Assembly (NCBI GenBank): GCA_963701085.1
Contig: OY969561.1
Span: 32,001 to 96,000, forward strand
Length of the DNA stretch: 64,000 bases
Reading direction: 5' to 3'
Source of the DNA: an uncultured bacterium
GTDB taxonomy: Bacteria > Babelota > Babeliae > Babelales > Vermiphilaceae
Part shown: one piece after another, positions 19,822-28,724 of the stretch
How the letters are laid out: each line of letters opens with the position of its first letter
How positions within the stretch are numbered: the first letter of the stretch is position 1
Program-made: the position numbers and the translations under genes
The notes under the pieces: model-generated
What the model was told of the DNA's origin: nothing
Seen by the model: the letters and a program-made list of their open reading frames with translations, nothing else
The model's database searches: none

Positions 19822-20304
19822 ATGAAAAAAAAATATGTAAGTTTTTTGTTTACAACGTTGCTGATTGTTGTTTCAGGAAGGCTTGCTTTTGGTGTTATTG
19901 AGGAAAAAAAAGAACGCCAGCAAATAGACGAGCAACGTAAAAATAATATTGCGCGCAAAGGAGTTGCACAAAAGTGGTTGTGGAACAGTGCAAAAGTGGT
20001 TGGAGCGGTGGCGTTGGTTGGGTTGGCTGTTTATAGTTTTTTTCAAACATCACCTGCAACAACACCGATGCTTTTGCCTGTTACTGGTGATGTAAGCTTG
20101 CCATTATTATCACCGCACGTAGAACCAAAGTCCGTGCCTAATCTCACAAAAGAACAATATGAAAAATATAAGCGCGCATCGAATGCTTATGGGGCAGCAG
20201 CTATTTGGTTTAGTCTTCTAGCAGTAATAGATTATCCATTTTTTGTTCCCTATGCAGCAGTCACTTATTTGGGAAGTTTGTATTATGGTGCAAAGGCATT
20301 GTAG
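19822..20304 (+). CDS. Membrane hypothetical protein
   Basis: GAGG RBS; signal peptide and further hydrophobic helices. Confidence 0.7.
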   Translation: MKKKYVSFLFTTLLIVVSGRLAFGVIEEKKERQQIDEQRKNNIARKGVAQKWLWNSAKVVGAVALVGLAVYSFFQTSPATTPMLLPVTGDVSLPLLSPHVEPKSVPNLTKEQYEKYKRASNAYGAAAIWFSLLAVIDYPFFVPYAAVTYLGSLYYGAKAL

Positions 20305-20373
20305 CCTCATTTAAAACCAATTGCATGGGATGAAATTAAGATAATTCCTGAAGATCTACCGTATTAATTTGGT

Positions 20374-21510
20374 TTAATATTCTTTTTCTAATACACGCAC
20401 ATACGATTCAAAGAGATATGCTTTATTACGTTGCCGTTGAGCTGTATGAGCAACTAATATTCCACTTTCAATAAATTGTTTTATGAGATTGTTGGCAGTA
20501 TTGTAGCTTTTGTTTAAGTGTATACTGAGTTCTGTAGCAGTAATGATTGGAAACTGAAACAAAATAGTTAGTGCATTTTCAGCCAGTTCCTTTATTTTTT
20601 GAAACGCCTTGCTGGAATGTATGGTCTGTTTAATGTTCTGCTCCAAGCTTTCTATATCTTTTGTTCTTTTATAGGCATCACTGCTGCTTTCTAGGATTGC
20701 ATTAAGATAATACTTAATCCATCCTTCAAAATCACCGTGTGTTCTGACGCGGTCGAGGTGTATATAGTATTCATGATGATGTTTTTTAAAGTAGTATGAT
20801 GGGTAAATAATAGGTGTTGATAGTAAGTTGCTATCAACAAGCATAAGCACGATGAGTAAGCGTCCTATACGACCATTGCCATCTAAAAAGGGATGAATTG
20901 TCTCGAACTGAACGTGAGCAAGACCTGCTTTAATGAGTGGAGGTAGTGAATCATCTTTATTAATAAATTGAGCAAGTTGCGCCATGAGATCTGGAATTTT
21001 TGCGGCGTATGTTGGTATAAGATTGCCGACGCGTACAGGTAATTGGCGATAATGTCCTGGATCTGCTTTGTTGGCATCATTGTCTAGATGCATGAGTTCT
21101 TTATGAGCTTTGAGGATAACTTGTGAGGCTATGGGAAGTCCATCTTGTTTAACCATGGAACAGGCTATTTCAAGTGCTTTTGTATAATTAAGCACTAATT
21201 GTGTCTCTTTATTGAGTTGTGCTCCAGAAAGAGGTTGGGTAAAAACGTCAAGAAGTGTTGTATGGATGCCTTCAATGGCTGATGATAAAAGAGCTTCTTT
21301 GATGACATATGCCTTAATGAATCTTTTTTGGTTTGGAAGTTTGCTAGTTATTTCATTTAACTGTCCTAGTTGATTCATTGCTGAGCCATAAAGGCTTGTT
21401 GTTTCTTCATCAATTACTAAAGAGGGATTGTGGGGAGGCAGAGGATGAGGAATAAAATAGTTTATAGTGCCAATCGTTTCATAGATGCCTGTTATTCTTT
21501 TCATATTCAT
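20374..21510 (-). CDS. Fic family protein (N-terminal inhibitory motif, C-terminal HTH-like region)
   Basis: HPFLDGNGRIGR Fic motif; SSAIEG autoinhibitory motif. Confidence 0.95.
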   Translation of the reverse strand: MNMKRITGIYETIGTINYFIPHPLPPHNPSLVIDEETTSLYGSAMNQLGQLNEITSKLPNQKRFIKAYVIKEALLSSAIEGIHTTLLDVFTQPLSGAQLNKETQLVLNYTKALEIACSMVKQDGLPIASQVILKAHKELMHLDNDANKADPGHYRQLPVRVGNLIPTYAAKIPDLMAQLAQFINKDDSLPPLIKAGLAHVQFETIHPFLDGNGRIGRLLIVLMLVDSNLLSTPIIYPSYYFKKHHHEYYIHLDRVRTHGDFEGWIKYYLNAILESSSDAYKRTKDIESLEQNIKQTIHSSKAFQKIKELAENALTILFQFPIITATELSIHLNKSYNTANNLIKQFIESGILVAHTAQRQRNKAYLFESYVRVLEKEY

Positions 21511-21549
21511 AAACTAACCTATCTTAAGAGGTGTTATATGCTTAATCTC

Positions 21550-21660
21550 TCAAATAAGAATAGCTTTTTTGTCTTCTTATTTCAACTTAGAGGTCTAAAC
21601 TGAAATAAGGAGCTGAAATTTTCTCTCTTATTTCAGTCTAGGGCTATTTTTTGAAATAAC
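21550..21660. promoter_or_regulatory. Five alternately inverted TGAAATAAG-like sites upstream of fic
   Basis: Sites start at 21550, 21576, 21601, 21627, 21652 (spacing 26/25/26/25). Confidence 0.6.
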
Positions 21661-21687
21661 AATGCCGATAAAAAAAGGATGACCTAT

Positions 21688-22773
21688 CTATAAATAAATT
21701 GAAGATATTTCCTTACTTTCTAGATTGTTGGTAGTTACGGGTTGTTGAGATAATAAGGCTTGATCAAGAGCTGGCGTTGTTGTTTCATTGTGATAGAAAA
21801 AACGCCATTTAATCATTTTTCCGATGAATTCATCTGTTGCATAATTAGGAATTATTGCAGATTTTGATAATTTTTCGGCCTGTTTGTCGGCAACTGTCAT
21901 AAGATTTCTTTTTATCATTTTTATAGCGATACTTAGGTCTTGATCAGTGAGATTAATCATCAGCTTATTATTCATAAGTTTTTGTAGCACAGATAATTCA
22001 TTATTAACAAATTGATCTAATGTTATTCTTCCAAATAATTTTTTTCGTAATGATGTGTTAGATTTATTGATTAACTCTCGTACAGTATGTCTGTTTTCAT
22101 TCATAATGGAAGCATCAATACGTGGATCAAGCACGAGAATATTTATTATTTTTATATGATTCTTCTCGGCTGCACAGTGTAAAGCAGTCATTTTGCATAA
22201 GTTTTTCATATTTGGTTGTAAAGTTGGTTGTCGAAGTAACTCAATGATAATTTTTTTATAGCCATTTTTTGCTGCAATGATAAACGGAGTATTGCCTTCT
22301 TTATCAGGCATATTGATATTTAAAATTCTTTGTATTCTATTAAAATCATTTTTTTTTACTGCGTCTAATAGAGGATCCTCTGTATCCGAGTCGTCATGTG
22401 ATACAGATTTGCGCGGGGATTTTTCTATAGATGATGGTAGAGGTGGAGTAGATCGAGTGAGTGGGATAGAAGAATGCTTTTTTTTAGTTTTTTGTGATGT
22501 ATTTTCAGTTGTGGGTGGTGTAATTTCAATTTTTGGTGATGTATTCTCCATATTACAAGAATCATATGGTATAGATTGAGCGAGAGAGTTAGAATGGCGT
22601 TTTATTACATTTTTGCGCTGGGATTTTTCTATAGACGATGATAGAGATGGAGTAGATTGAGTAAGTTGGTGAGAAGCGCGTTTCCTTTCAATTTTTGGTG
22701 GTATATTCTCCATGCCATGTGTTGTTATTGCGACTGCAAAGCCAAGAAATAGAGCATAAGATATTCTAATCAT
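21688..22773 (-). CDS. Secreted ankyrin repeat protein with Ser/Pro/Lys-rich N-region
   Basis: GNTPFIIAA, TALHCAA; signal peptide THG|ME. Confidence 0.88.
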   Translation of the reverse strand: MIRISYALFLGFAVAITTHGMENIPPKIERKRASHQLTQSTPSLSSSIEKSQRKNVIKRHSNSLAQSIPYDSCNMENTSPKIEITPPTTENTSQKTKKKHSSIPLTRSTPPLPSSIEKSPRKSVSHDDSDTEDPLLDAVKKNDFNRIQRILNINMPDKEGNTPFIIAAKNGYKKIIIELLRQPTLQPNMKNLCKMTALHCAAEKNHIKIINILVLDPRIDASIMNENRHTVRELINKSNTSLRKKLFGRITLDQFVNNELSVLQKLMNNKLMINLTDQDLSIAIKMIKRNLMTVADKQAEKLSKSAIIPNYATDEFIGKMIKWRFFYHNETTTPALDQALLSQQPVTTNNLESKEISSIYL

Positions 22774-22880
22774 TATATGTCCATGTTAAAATATTTTTTC
22801 AATTATTTGTATCATGACTGTTTTTGATGCTGTATTGAGTTTAACGGTAAACATGAAGAAAAAAAAAGGGTTATATTTTC

Positions 22881-23678
22881 TTATTTTAACCATGTTTTGT
22901 TTATTGCATTTAAGCTGAGGCGGAAAAAAATCATATCCATAATAAAGTTATCGGTTGCATACGGAGGCAATAGAGCTGAAGGGGGTAAGTTTCCATCTGC
23001 TTCATGAGCGTCTAATGTTTCTTGTTTCTTTTCCATAGCCCGAATTTTAGTTTTTATCTGTTGTATTGTTTCATTTATAAGCTCAGTTGTTATAAGGCCT
23101 TGCTGATAGGTAGGCCTTATTGTTGTACAAAATTGTGTTGTGATTATATCAAGAGTGGCTCTTGCAAACATAGTTCTTCGTAGTTCGGTTAATTCATCAT
23201 GGAAAGTGACTAATCCATCATGTAGTTTGGTACCAGGTTTAGTACTTTTCATGAGATCACGGATTTTGGCAATATCGATGAGGTCCCTTGCCATTTTATT
23301 TTTTATATTTCTCATGGAAGTATCTATGCGGGGATCGCTGAAAAAGAGTGCGATTGCTACATCGTCTTGATTTTCTGCAGCATAATGGAAGGGAGTGTTA
23401 AGTTCTGGGTCTTGTACATTGGGATTGAAGTAGCGATTGCTTAAATGAAATTTAATTGTGTCATGATTTTTATTGCGGGCTGCGGTTATCAATGAATGTT
23501 CGATGTATATTTCTTTGTGTTCATTAATAGATGATAAAGACACAGATTTTTTTGAAGGCCTTCTTTGAAAAATCGATTTTCTATCTTTTTCTTTTGCGAT
23601 GATTTCTTTGGGTTCCATGCCATGTGCAGTTGTTAAAAATGTGAGACTGATAAAAAAAGCATAATGCATTTTAATCAT
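22881..23678 (-). CDS. Secreted ankyrin repeat protein, paralogue of 21688..22773
   Basis: NTPFHYAA, DPRID, YATDNFI shared; signal peptide AHG|ME. Confidence 0.88.
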   Translation of the reverse strand: MIKMHYAFFISLTFLTTAHGMEPKEIIAKEKDRKSIFQRRPSKKSVSLSSINEHKEIYIEHSLITAARNKNHDTIKFHLSNRYFNPNVQDPELNTPFHYAAENQDDVAIALFFSDPRIDTSMRNIKNKMARDLIDIAKIRDLMKSTKPGTKLHDGLVTFHDELTELRRTMFARATLDIITTQFCTTIRPTYQQGLITTELINETIQQIKTKIRAMEKKQETLDAHEADGNLPPSALLPPYATDNFIMDMIFFRLSLNAINKTWLK

Positions 23679-23823
23679 AGTAGGTCCATGTTAAATTATT
23701 TTTTTTGGTTAGTTATACAGGGGACATCCTGATATTTTATCAAGTTTAGCAACAAGCATGAGACGAAGGAAGATTTAGTTTTTTTTCGCAAATATCATGC
23801 GAAGGTGGGAGCTTTATTAATTT

Positions 23824-23854
23824 GTCCGTCTACGTTCTTTGAACTACGTCGGAC
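23824..23854. repeat. Short palindromic repeat element
   Basis: GTCCGTCTACGTTC-TTT-GAACTACGTCGGAC, same family as the tRNA-linked elements. Confidence 0.6.
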
Positions 23855-23941
23855 AGTCTTCTTTACAAAACTTCAATGTTAATTTTTTTTGCAATATTGA
23901 TTTGTTGGCGTAGCCAGACGAAGTTGCGCAGCAACGAAGAC

Positions 23942-24033
23942 TGGAGGAGAGAGTGGGATTCGAACCCACGATCCCGATCTCTCGGAATAACGGTTTTCAA
24001 GACCGCCGCATTCGGCCGCTCTGCCATCTCTCC
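23942..24033 (-). tRNA. tRNA-Ser(TGA)
   Basis: Cloverleaf with long variable arm, anticodon loop CT-TGA-AA, encoded CCA. Confidence 0.95.
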
Positions 24034-24059
24034 ATCGATATATGTAAAAGAATTGTTTT

Positions 24060-24163
24060 GCCCTACTTCGCTCTGCGAGCTACGAAGGGTCTTCTTAAGT
24101 TTTCATATGGCCTGCCATACGTCCTTCGACAGGCTCAGGATGAGCGGAAGAAGCGAAGTATGG
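24060..24163. repeat. Cluster of palindromic repeat elements between tRNAs
   Basis: CCCTACTTCGCTCTGCGAGCTACGAAGGG and CCATAC...CTTCGACAGGCTCAGGATGAGCG...GTATGG. Confidence 0.7.
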
Positions 24164-24237
24164 CGCGCCCGGAAGGAGTCGAACCTGCAACCTTCAGATC
24201 CGTAGTCTGACGCTCTATCCAATTGAGCTACGGGCGC
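24161..24237 (-). tRNA. tRNA-Arg(ACG)
   Basis: Anticodon arm TCAGA-CTACGGA-TCTGA; CCA end. Confidence 0.95.
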
Positions 24238-24278
24238 ATATATTTCAAAATTTAATCAATCGATTTTTACTTTTTATT

Positions 24279-24364
24279 GCCCTACGACGCTCTAATGAGC
24301 TTCGAAGGGCATACTTCTTAAGTCTTCTGCTGGCTGCGCCATACGAAGCCTTGGCGAAGTATGG
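24279..24364. repeat. Two palindromic repeat elements
   Basis: GCCCTACGACGCTC...GAGCTTCGAAGGGC and CCATACGAAGCCTTGGCGAAGTATGG. Confidence 0.7.
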
Positions 24365-24452
24365 TGGAGAGAGAGGGATTCGAACCCTCGTGCCCGATTT
24401 CTCAGACTCTTGCTTAGCAGGCAAGCGCTTTAGGCCGCTCAGCCATCTCTCC
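24362..24452 (-). tRNA. tRNA-Ser(GCT)
   Basis: Anticodon arm CTTGC-CTGCTAA-GCAAG; long variable arm; CCA end. Confidence 0.95.
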
Positions 24453-24676
24453 CTCTTTTCCTCCGAATTTTACCGCGTCCTCTGTAGCATTAGCACAAGA
24501 GGATGCAAAAGGAGGATTGGGCTAATATATACAAAAGGATACTGTCATTTACTATTTTTTCAAGTACCATTATGAATCTTTTGTTTAAATATAACATTTT
24601 TTAAACTATTGTATATTAATTTTAAGCTGAGTTAAACTTGATAATAATGCTGAAATTGATCGATTAGGAGGGTAAA

Positions 24677-24964
24677 ATGGCATTTATTTTTGATGTAAAA
24701 GTTTTTCCTAGCTCGCAAAAAAAGGGTTGGGTAATTGATAAAACAGGCAATTTAAAATGTTATCTTAAGAGCCCTGCAGAGCAGGGAAAGGCAAATGATG
24801 AGCTTATTAAAAGTCTTGCAAAAGCGCTTGGTGTTACACAATCTATGATTTCTATTACATCGGGCGCTCAATCGCGTAAGAAACGGATAAAAGTTGATGT
24901 TGATATGACCTTTAATCAACTTTTAGAGTTATTGGGAATTGATTGGCAGATGGATATGTTTTGA
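24677..24964 (+). CDS. DUF167/YggU family protein
   Basis: PAEQGKAN..L...LA, GAQSRKK; AGGAGG RBS. Confidence 0.85.
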   Translation: MAFIFDVKVFPSSQKKGWVIDKTGNLKCYLKSPAEQGKANDELIKSLAKALGVTQSMISITSGAQSRKKRIKVDVDMTFNQLLELLGIDWQMDMF

Positions 24965-25053
24965 ACCCCATTTCCATTACATTTCAATGGGGACCCCAAT
25001 TGGAGTAAGACGTAAATTGGGGTTAAAAAATGGGGCTAAGTTGATAGGAATGT

Positions 25054-26241
25054 ATGCCGTATTTTAAATGGGTTGGCGTGGATGCTGTTGGTTCTACCAA
25101 AAAGGGTAAGCAAGCGGCATATTCATCACACGAGTTGTCAGAACAACTTTTGGGCCGTGGGGTTGCGTTGTTGCAATGTAAACCCGTGTATACGCCATTA
25201 TTCTTTTGGCCTATCACGAGTAAAATAAAAGGTGATTTGTTTAAACAAAAGGCAAAATTATTGCGTGCAGGGTTATTGTTGCCTCATACATTACAAATTG
25301 CTGCCCAACAATCCCATAATCCTTTTGTATATGATATTCTTTCTGATATAAGTCGTGATATTCAGCAAGGTGTTTCCTTTGCCAAAGCGCTTGAAAAACA
25401 GCATGATCTTTGTGATCCGATTGTTATGGTAATGCTGACTGCGGGGCATGAATCGGGCAACATTGTGAGTGCATTGGAAAATGTAGCACTTTATTTTCAT
25501 AAGCAATATGCATTTAATAAAGCCGTTCGTTCTTCCTTAGCAATGCCATTTCTGACGTTACTCTTTTTTATCGGCATTAGTCTGTTTATTTTTGTTTGTA
25601 TCATTCCACGATTTGCGGATATGTTCAGTTCTTTGCAGCAAGAATTACCAGCTCTGACTCGGTGTATGATTGAGGTGAGTGATTTTATTCGTAGCGCACC
25701 AATGATCTATCTAGTCGGAACGTTAGGGGTATTTGTTGTTGCTGCCTATTATTATGTCCATCATACAGGTAAAAAAGCATGGGATAACCTATTTATTAAG
25801 TTGCCCTTTATTGGCGTGGTAATATGGCAATATCACATGAGTCAGGCATTGCAAGCGTTAGCACTGTTGATTAATAGCGGTGTTACTTTGGTGACGGGGT
25901 TGAATATTGTGAGTGAATCAGTTGGTCATTGTTTAGTTAAATCCCAGCTCGCGGCATTACATGATGATGTTGCGGCAGGGCAGTTATTGAGTAATGCAAT
26001 GGCTGCTTCATCAATTTTTTTACCAGAAATTATTGGGTTGATTCGTATTGGTGAAGAAACAGGAACGCTGGGGCAATCGCTTGAAACTGCGGCGTTGGTC
26101 TATAATGATACATTAGAAGAATCGCTGCGACGATTTATTTTTTTTCTCCAGCCAACCGTTATCATTTTGCTTGGTTTATTAGTAGCAACCCTTATTTTTG
26201 CTGTATACTTACCTATTATGCAGCTTTCTCACGTTTTATAA
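25054..26241 (+). CDS. Type II secretion/type IV pilus inner-membrane platform protein (GspF/PilC family)
   Basis: AGHESGNI, IIPRFADMF, IGEETGTL, AVYLPIMQL; two T2SSF domains. Confidence 0.9.
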   Translation: MPYFKWVGVDAVGSTKKGKQAAYSSHELSEQLLGRGVALLQCKPVYTPLFFWPITSKIKGDLFKQKAKLLRAGLLLPHTLQIAAQQSHNPFVYDILSDISRDIQQGVSFAKALEKQHDLCDPIVMVMLTAGHESGNIVSALENVALYFHKQYAFNKAVRSSLAMPFLTLLFFIGISLFIFVCIIPRFADMFSSLQQELPALTRCMIEVSDFIRSAPMIYLVGTLGVFVVAAYYYVHHTGKKAWDNLFIKLPFIGVVIWQYHMSQALQALALLINSGVTLVTGLNIVSESVGHCLVKSQLAALHDDVAAGQLLSNAMAASSIFLPEIIGLIRIGEETGTLGQSLETAALVYNDTLEESLRRFIFFLQPTVIILLGLLVATLIFAVYLPIMQLSHVL

Positions 26242-26263
26242 GATTTCTTAGGGGGAAATTATT

Positions 26264-28186
26264 GTGATCGTACTATTACTAGCGATTTTTTCTTTTTTTC
26301 AATTTGTTTCAGCAGATCAAGCATTGAGTAATTATGCAGAGCGTGTTCTTGATAGCGCTGTGTACCAGCAGCCTACACCATCTATTATTGGCGAGCGTGA
26401 ATGGAAAGAACTTCAGTTGGATCGTTTGGTGACTACTCTTGATCGTACTACAACATCATTTGGAAGATGGGGGTTGGTTAAATTGCTGCATCCCATTGCC
26501 GATAAAAAGCAACTACAAAAGCGTAAAGAAATTATTACTTTTTTGGTTGATAATCCCGAAAAAATGAATCTTTTTAAGCAACAACTTGAGCGAGTGCATC
26601 GTTTTGAGCAATCATTGTTGACGTATTGGGATGCTCAAGATCAGTTGAACCGCAGTGTTGAGCAGTTTTATTTTTCATCCATTGGGTTGCGTGAACTTAA
26701 TAAAAGCAGTATTGCATTAAATGTTAGCACTGCCTTAGAAGGATTTAATGCAGTAAAAAATCTTTTAAGCGTGCTTGCTATGTGGGGAGTTTCTAAGGAA
26801 TTTCTTTTTTGGTCTGCGGGTATCAAACCAAAATTTAATTTTTGGGAGGGTGTAAAATCAGGATTAATGGATCCTATTATGCGCCATTATCCATGGTTGT
26901 ATCAACTTGAACAGAAGTCACCTGAACAGGAGTCATACACATCAAAAGATTGGGCGCAAGCCACTTCTTGGGGAGATGTTTTTAATATATGGAAAAGTGG
27001 TGTTTCAGATAATAATGAAAAAATTTTTTCTGGGTTTGGTACTATTGGGGGTGCTTTAATGGCGACTGCATCAATGCTTTATTATGATTATCAATGGGTT
27101 AATACGGTTGATTTTATTGCACGACGAATTATTTTTATGAATCGTTCACTTAATCTATTGCAACAACGGGTATCGGATGCTGCTCAGTGTATTGCTGCTA
27201 TCATGGATTTACATAAACTTATTGCATTCCAGAACGCTGAACTGAGCGATTATTTGAATGTGGATGATGAGAGCGATGAGTTAGTAGAAAATTTTGTTAA
27301 AAAATTAGTGCAACAGCGCTTTTTGCAAAAACCGGGTCTTTTGTATTCACGTGGTCATGTGCTGACGATGCATCAAGATATTAAACGAATGAAAAAGTTT
27401 TTAATTCCTTTACTTCATTCAGTTGCACTGCTTGATGCATATTGTTCTATTGCGCAGCTGTATAAAGAGAGTCAAGATGAGTTAGTAGTGTTTAGCTTTC
27501 CAGAGTTTGTCACGTCACCAACACCGTTTATACATTATCATAATGCATGGTTACCGTTATTATCATTTGATGAAGCGATTACCAATGATCTTTCTTTAGG
27601 TGGAGATACACCAGGTAAAATTATTATCACCGGTCCTAGTGGTGGTGGGAAATCAATTATTTTAGAAACATATGCTGTGGCGGCAGTGTTAGCACAATCG
27701 TGGTGTATTATACCGGCACAAAATGCTCGTCAAACGATGTTTGCTCGTATTAGAACGGCTCTTGCATTACAAAAAGAAAAGGGCTTGTCAGATTTTATGA
27801 CAGAGATAAAGACGATGGCAGGATTGCTTAATGATATTCGTAAATCAGATATAGATCATCCTATGCTTGTGTTGATTGATGAGCCGTATAAAACTACTGT
27901 TCCTGATGAATCAGCAAAGCGTATTTATCAGTTTGGGAAAGACATTGCCAGGTATTCGCATGCACTCGTTGGTATTGCAACGCACGTAAAAAAACCAATA
28001 TTGCTTGAACGTGATACGGGCGGCATTTTTGGCAATTACCAGGTGGAAATTAAAGAAAAATCTTTTGGTGTTTTTGAGCGTCTGTTTAAAATCGAAAAAG
28101 GCACAGCTATGTGGTGGTTTGAAGATGAGGACCAACGCAGCAGATTTATTGATTGGATTAGCACAAAAACTGTTGTTTCTAATTGA
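26264..28186 (+). CDS. MutS-related ATPase (domain III/V only) with signal peptide
   Basis: TTSFGR, IITGPSGGGKS, GLSDF, LIDEP, IATH; no mismatch-binding domain evident. Confidence 0.8.
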   Translation: MIVLLLAIFSFFQFVSADQALSNYAERVLDSAVYQQPTPSIIGEREWKELQLDRLVTTLDRTTTSFGRWGLVKLLHPIADKKQLQKRKEIITFLVDNPEKMNLFKQQLERVHRFEQSLLTYWDAQDQLNRSVEQFYFSSIGLRELNKSSIALNVSTALEGFNAVKNLLSVLAMWGVSKEFLFWSAGIKPKFNFWEGVKSGLMDPIMRHYPWLYQLEQKSPEQESYTSKDWAQATSWGDVFNIWKSGVSDNNEKIFSGFGTIGGALMATASMLYYDYQWVNTVDFIARRIIFMNRSLNLLQQRVSDAAQCIAAIMDLHKLIAFQNAELSDYLNVDDESDELVENFVKKLVQQRFLQKPGLLYSRGHVLTMHQDIKRMKKFLIPLLHSVALLDAYCSIAQLYKESQDELVVFSFPEFVTSPTPFIHYHNAWLPLLSFDEAITNDLSLGGDTPGKIIITGPSGGGKSIILETYAVAAVLAQSWCIIPAQNARQTMFARIRTALALQKEKGLSDFMTEIKTMAGLLNDIRKSDIDHPMLVLIDEPYKTTVPDESAKRIYQFGKDIARYSHALVGIATHVKKPILLERDTGGIFGNYQVEIKEKSFGVFERLFKIEKGTAMWWFEDEDQRSRFIDWISTKTVVSN

Positions 28187-28236
28187 CGGTTATAGCTCTT
28201 TGGGGTATTCTAATAATACGTTTGAAATAAATAAAT

Positions 28237-28322
28237 GCCGGGGTGGCGAAATGGCAGACGCACGAGACTCAAAATCTCGCGATGGTAACATCATGTCGGT
28301 TCGAGTCCGACCCTCGGCACCA
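28237..28322 (+). tRNA. tRNA-Leu(CAA)
   Basis: Anticodon arm CGAGA-CTCAAAA-TCTCG; CCA end; TTGACG-N17-TATTCT upstream. Confidence 0.95.
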
Positions 28323-28356
28323 TACTACGCCAAGGCTACGTATGGCGTGGCCAGCT
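28320..28356 (+). repeat. Palindromic element starting at the tRNA-Leu CCA
   Basis: CCATACTACGCCAAGGCTACGTATGG-CGTGGCCAGC. Confidence 0.75.
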
Positions 28357-28381
28357 AAATTGTAAAAAAAGGTAGCATTGC

Positions 28382-28723
28382 GTGGAAGTTCAAAACTGTG
28401 TTTTTTGTAAAATTCTTGCAGGGCAGTTACCCGCTAAAGTAATTGCGCAAACGGACGATATTATTGTTATTGATAATATTGCTCCAAAATCTCCTATCCA
28501 TTATCTTATCATTCCCAAAAAACATATTTCCGATATTACTGCATTAACTCAAGAAGATGTCACACTTGCTGGTGATATGGTGTTAATGGCAAAAAAACTT
28601 GCGGCAGATCTTTCTGGCTCGCAAGCTTTTCGTTTAATCGTTAATAATGGCTCTGATGTTGGTCAGAGCGTTTTTCATTTACACTTCCATTTTCTTGCTG
28701 GGCAAAAATTCCTCGATTACTAA
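28382..28723 (+). CDS. Histidine triad (HINT) nucleotide-binding protein
   Basis: CVFCKI, GQSVFHLHFH. Confidence 0.92.
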   Translation: MEVQNCVFCKILAGQLPAKVIAQTDDIIVIDNIAPKSPIHYLIIPKKHISDITALTQEDVTLAGDMVLMAKKLAADLSGSQAFRLIVNNGSDVGQSVFHLHFHFLAGQKFLDY

Positions 28724-28724
28724 A

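Noticed and set aside
23876-24575. Short plus-strand ORFs over the tRNA cluster
   Set aside because: Antisense to tRNAs and repeats.
24965-24998. CCCCATT...AATGGGG-ACCCC palindrome after the YggU gene
   Set aside because: Single copy in the window; cannot distinguish a repeat element from a simple hairpin.
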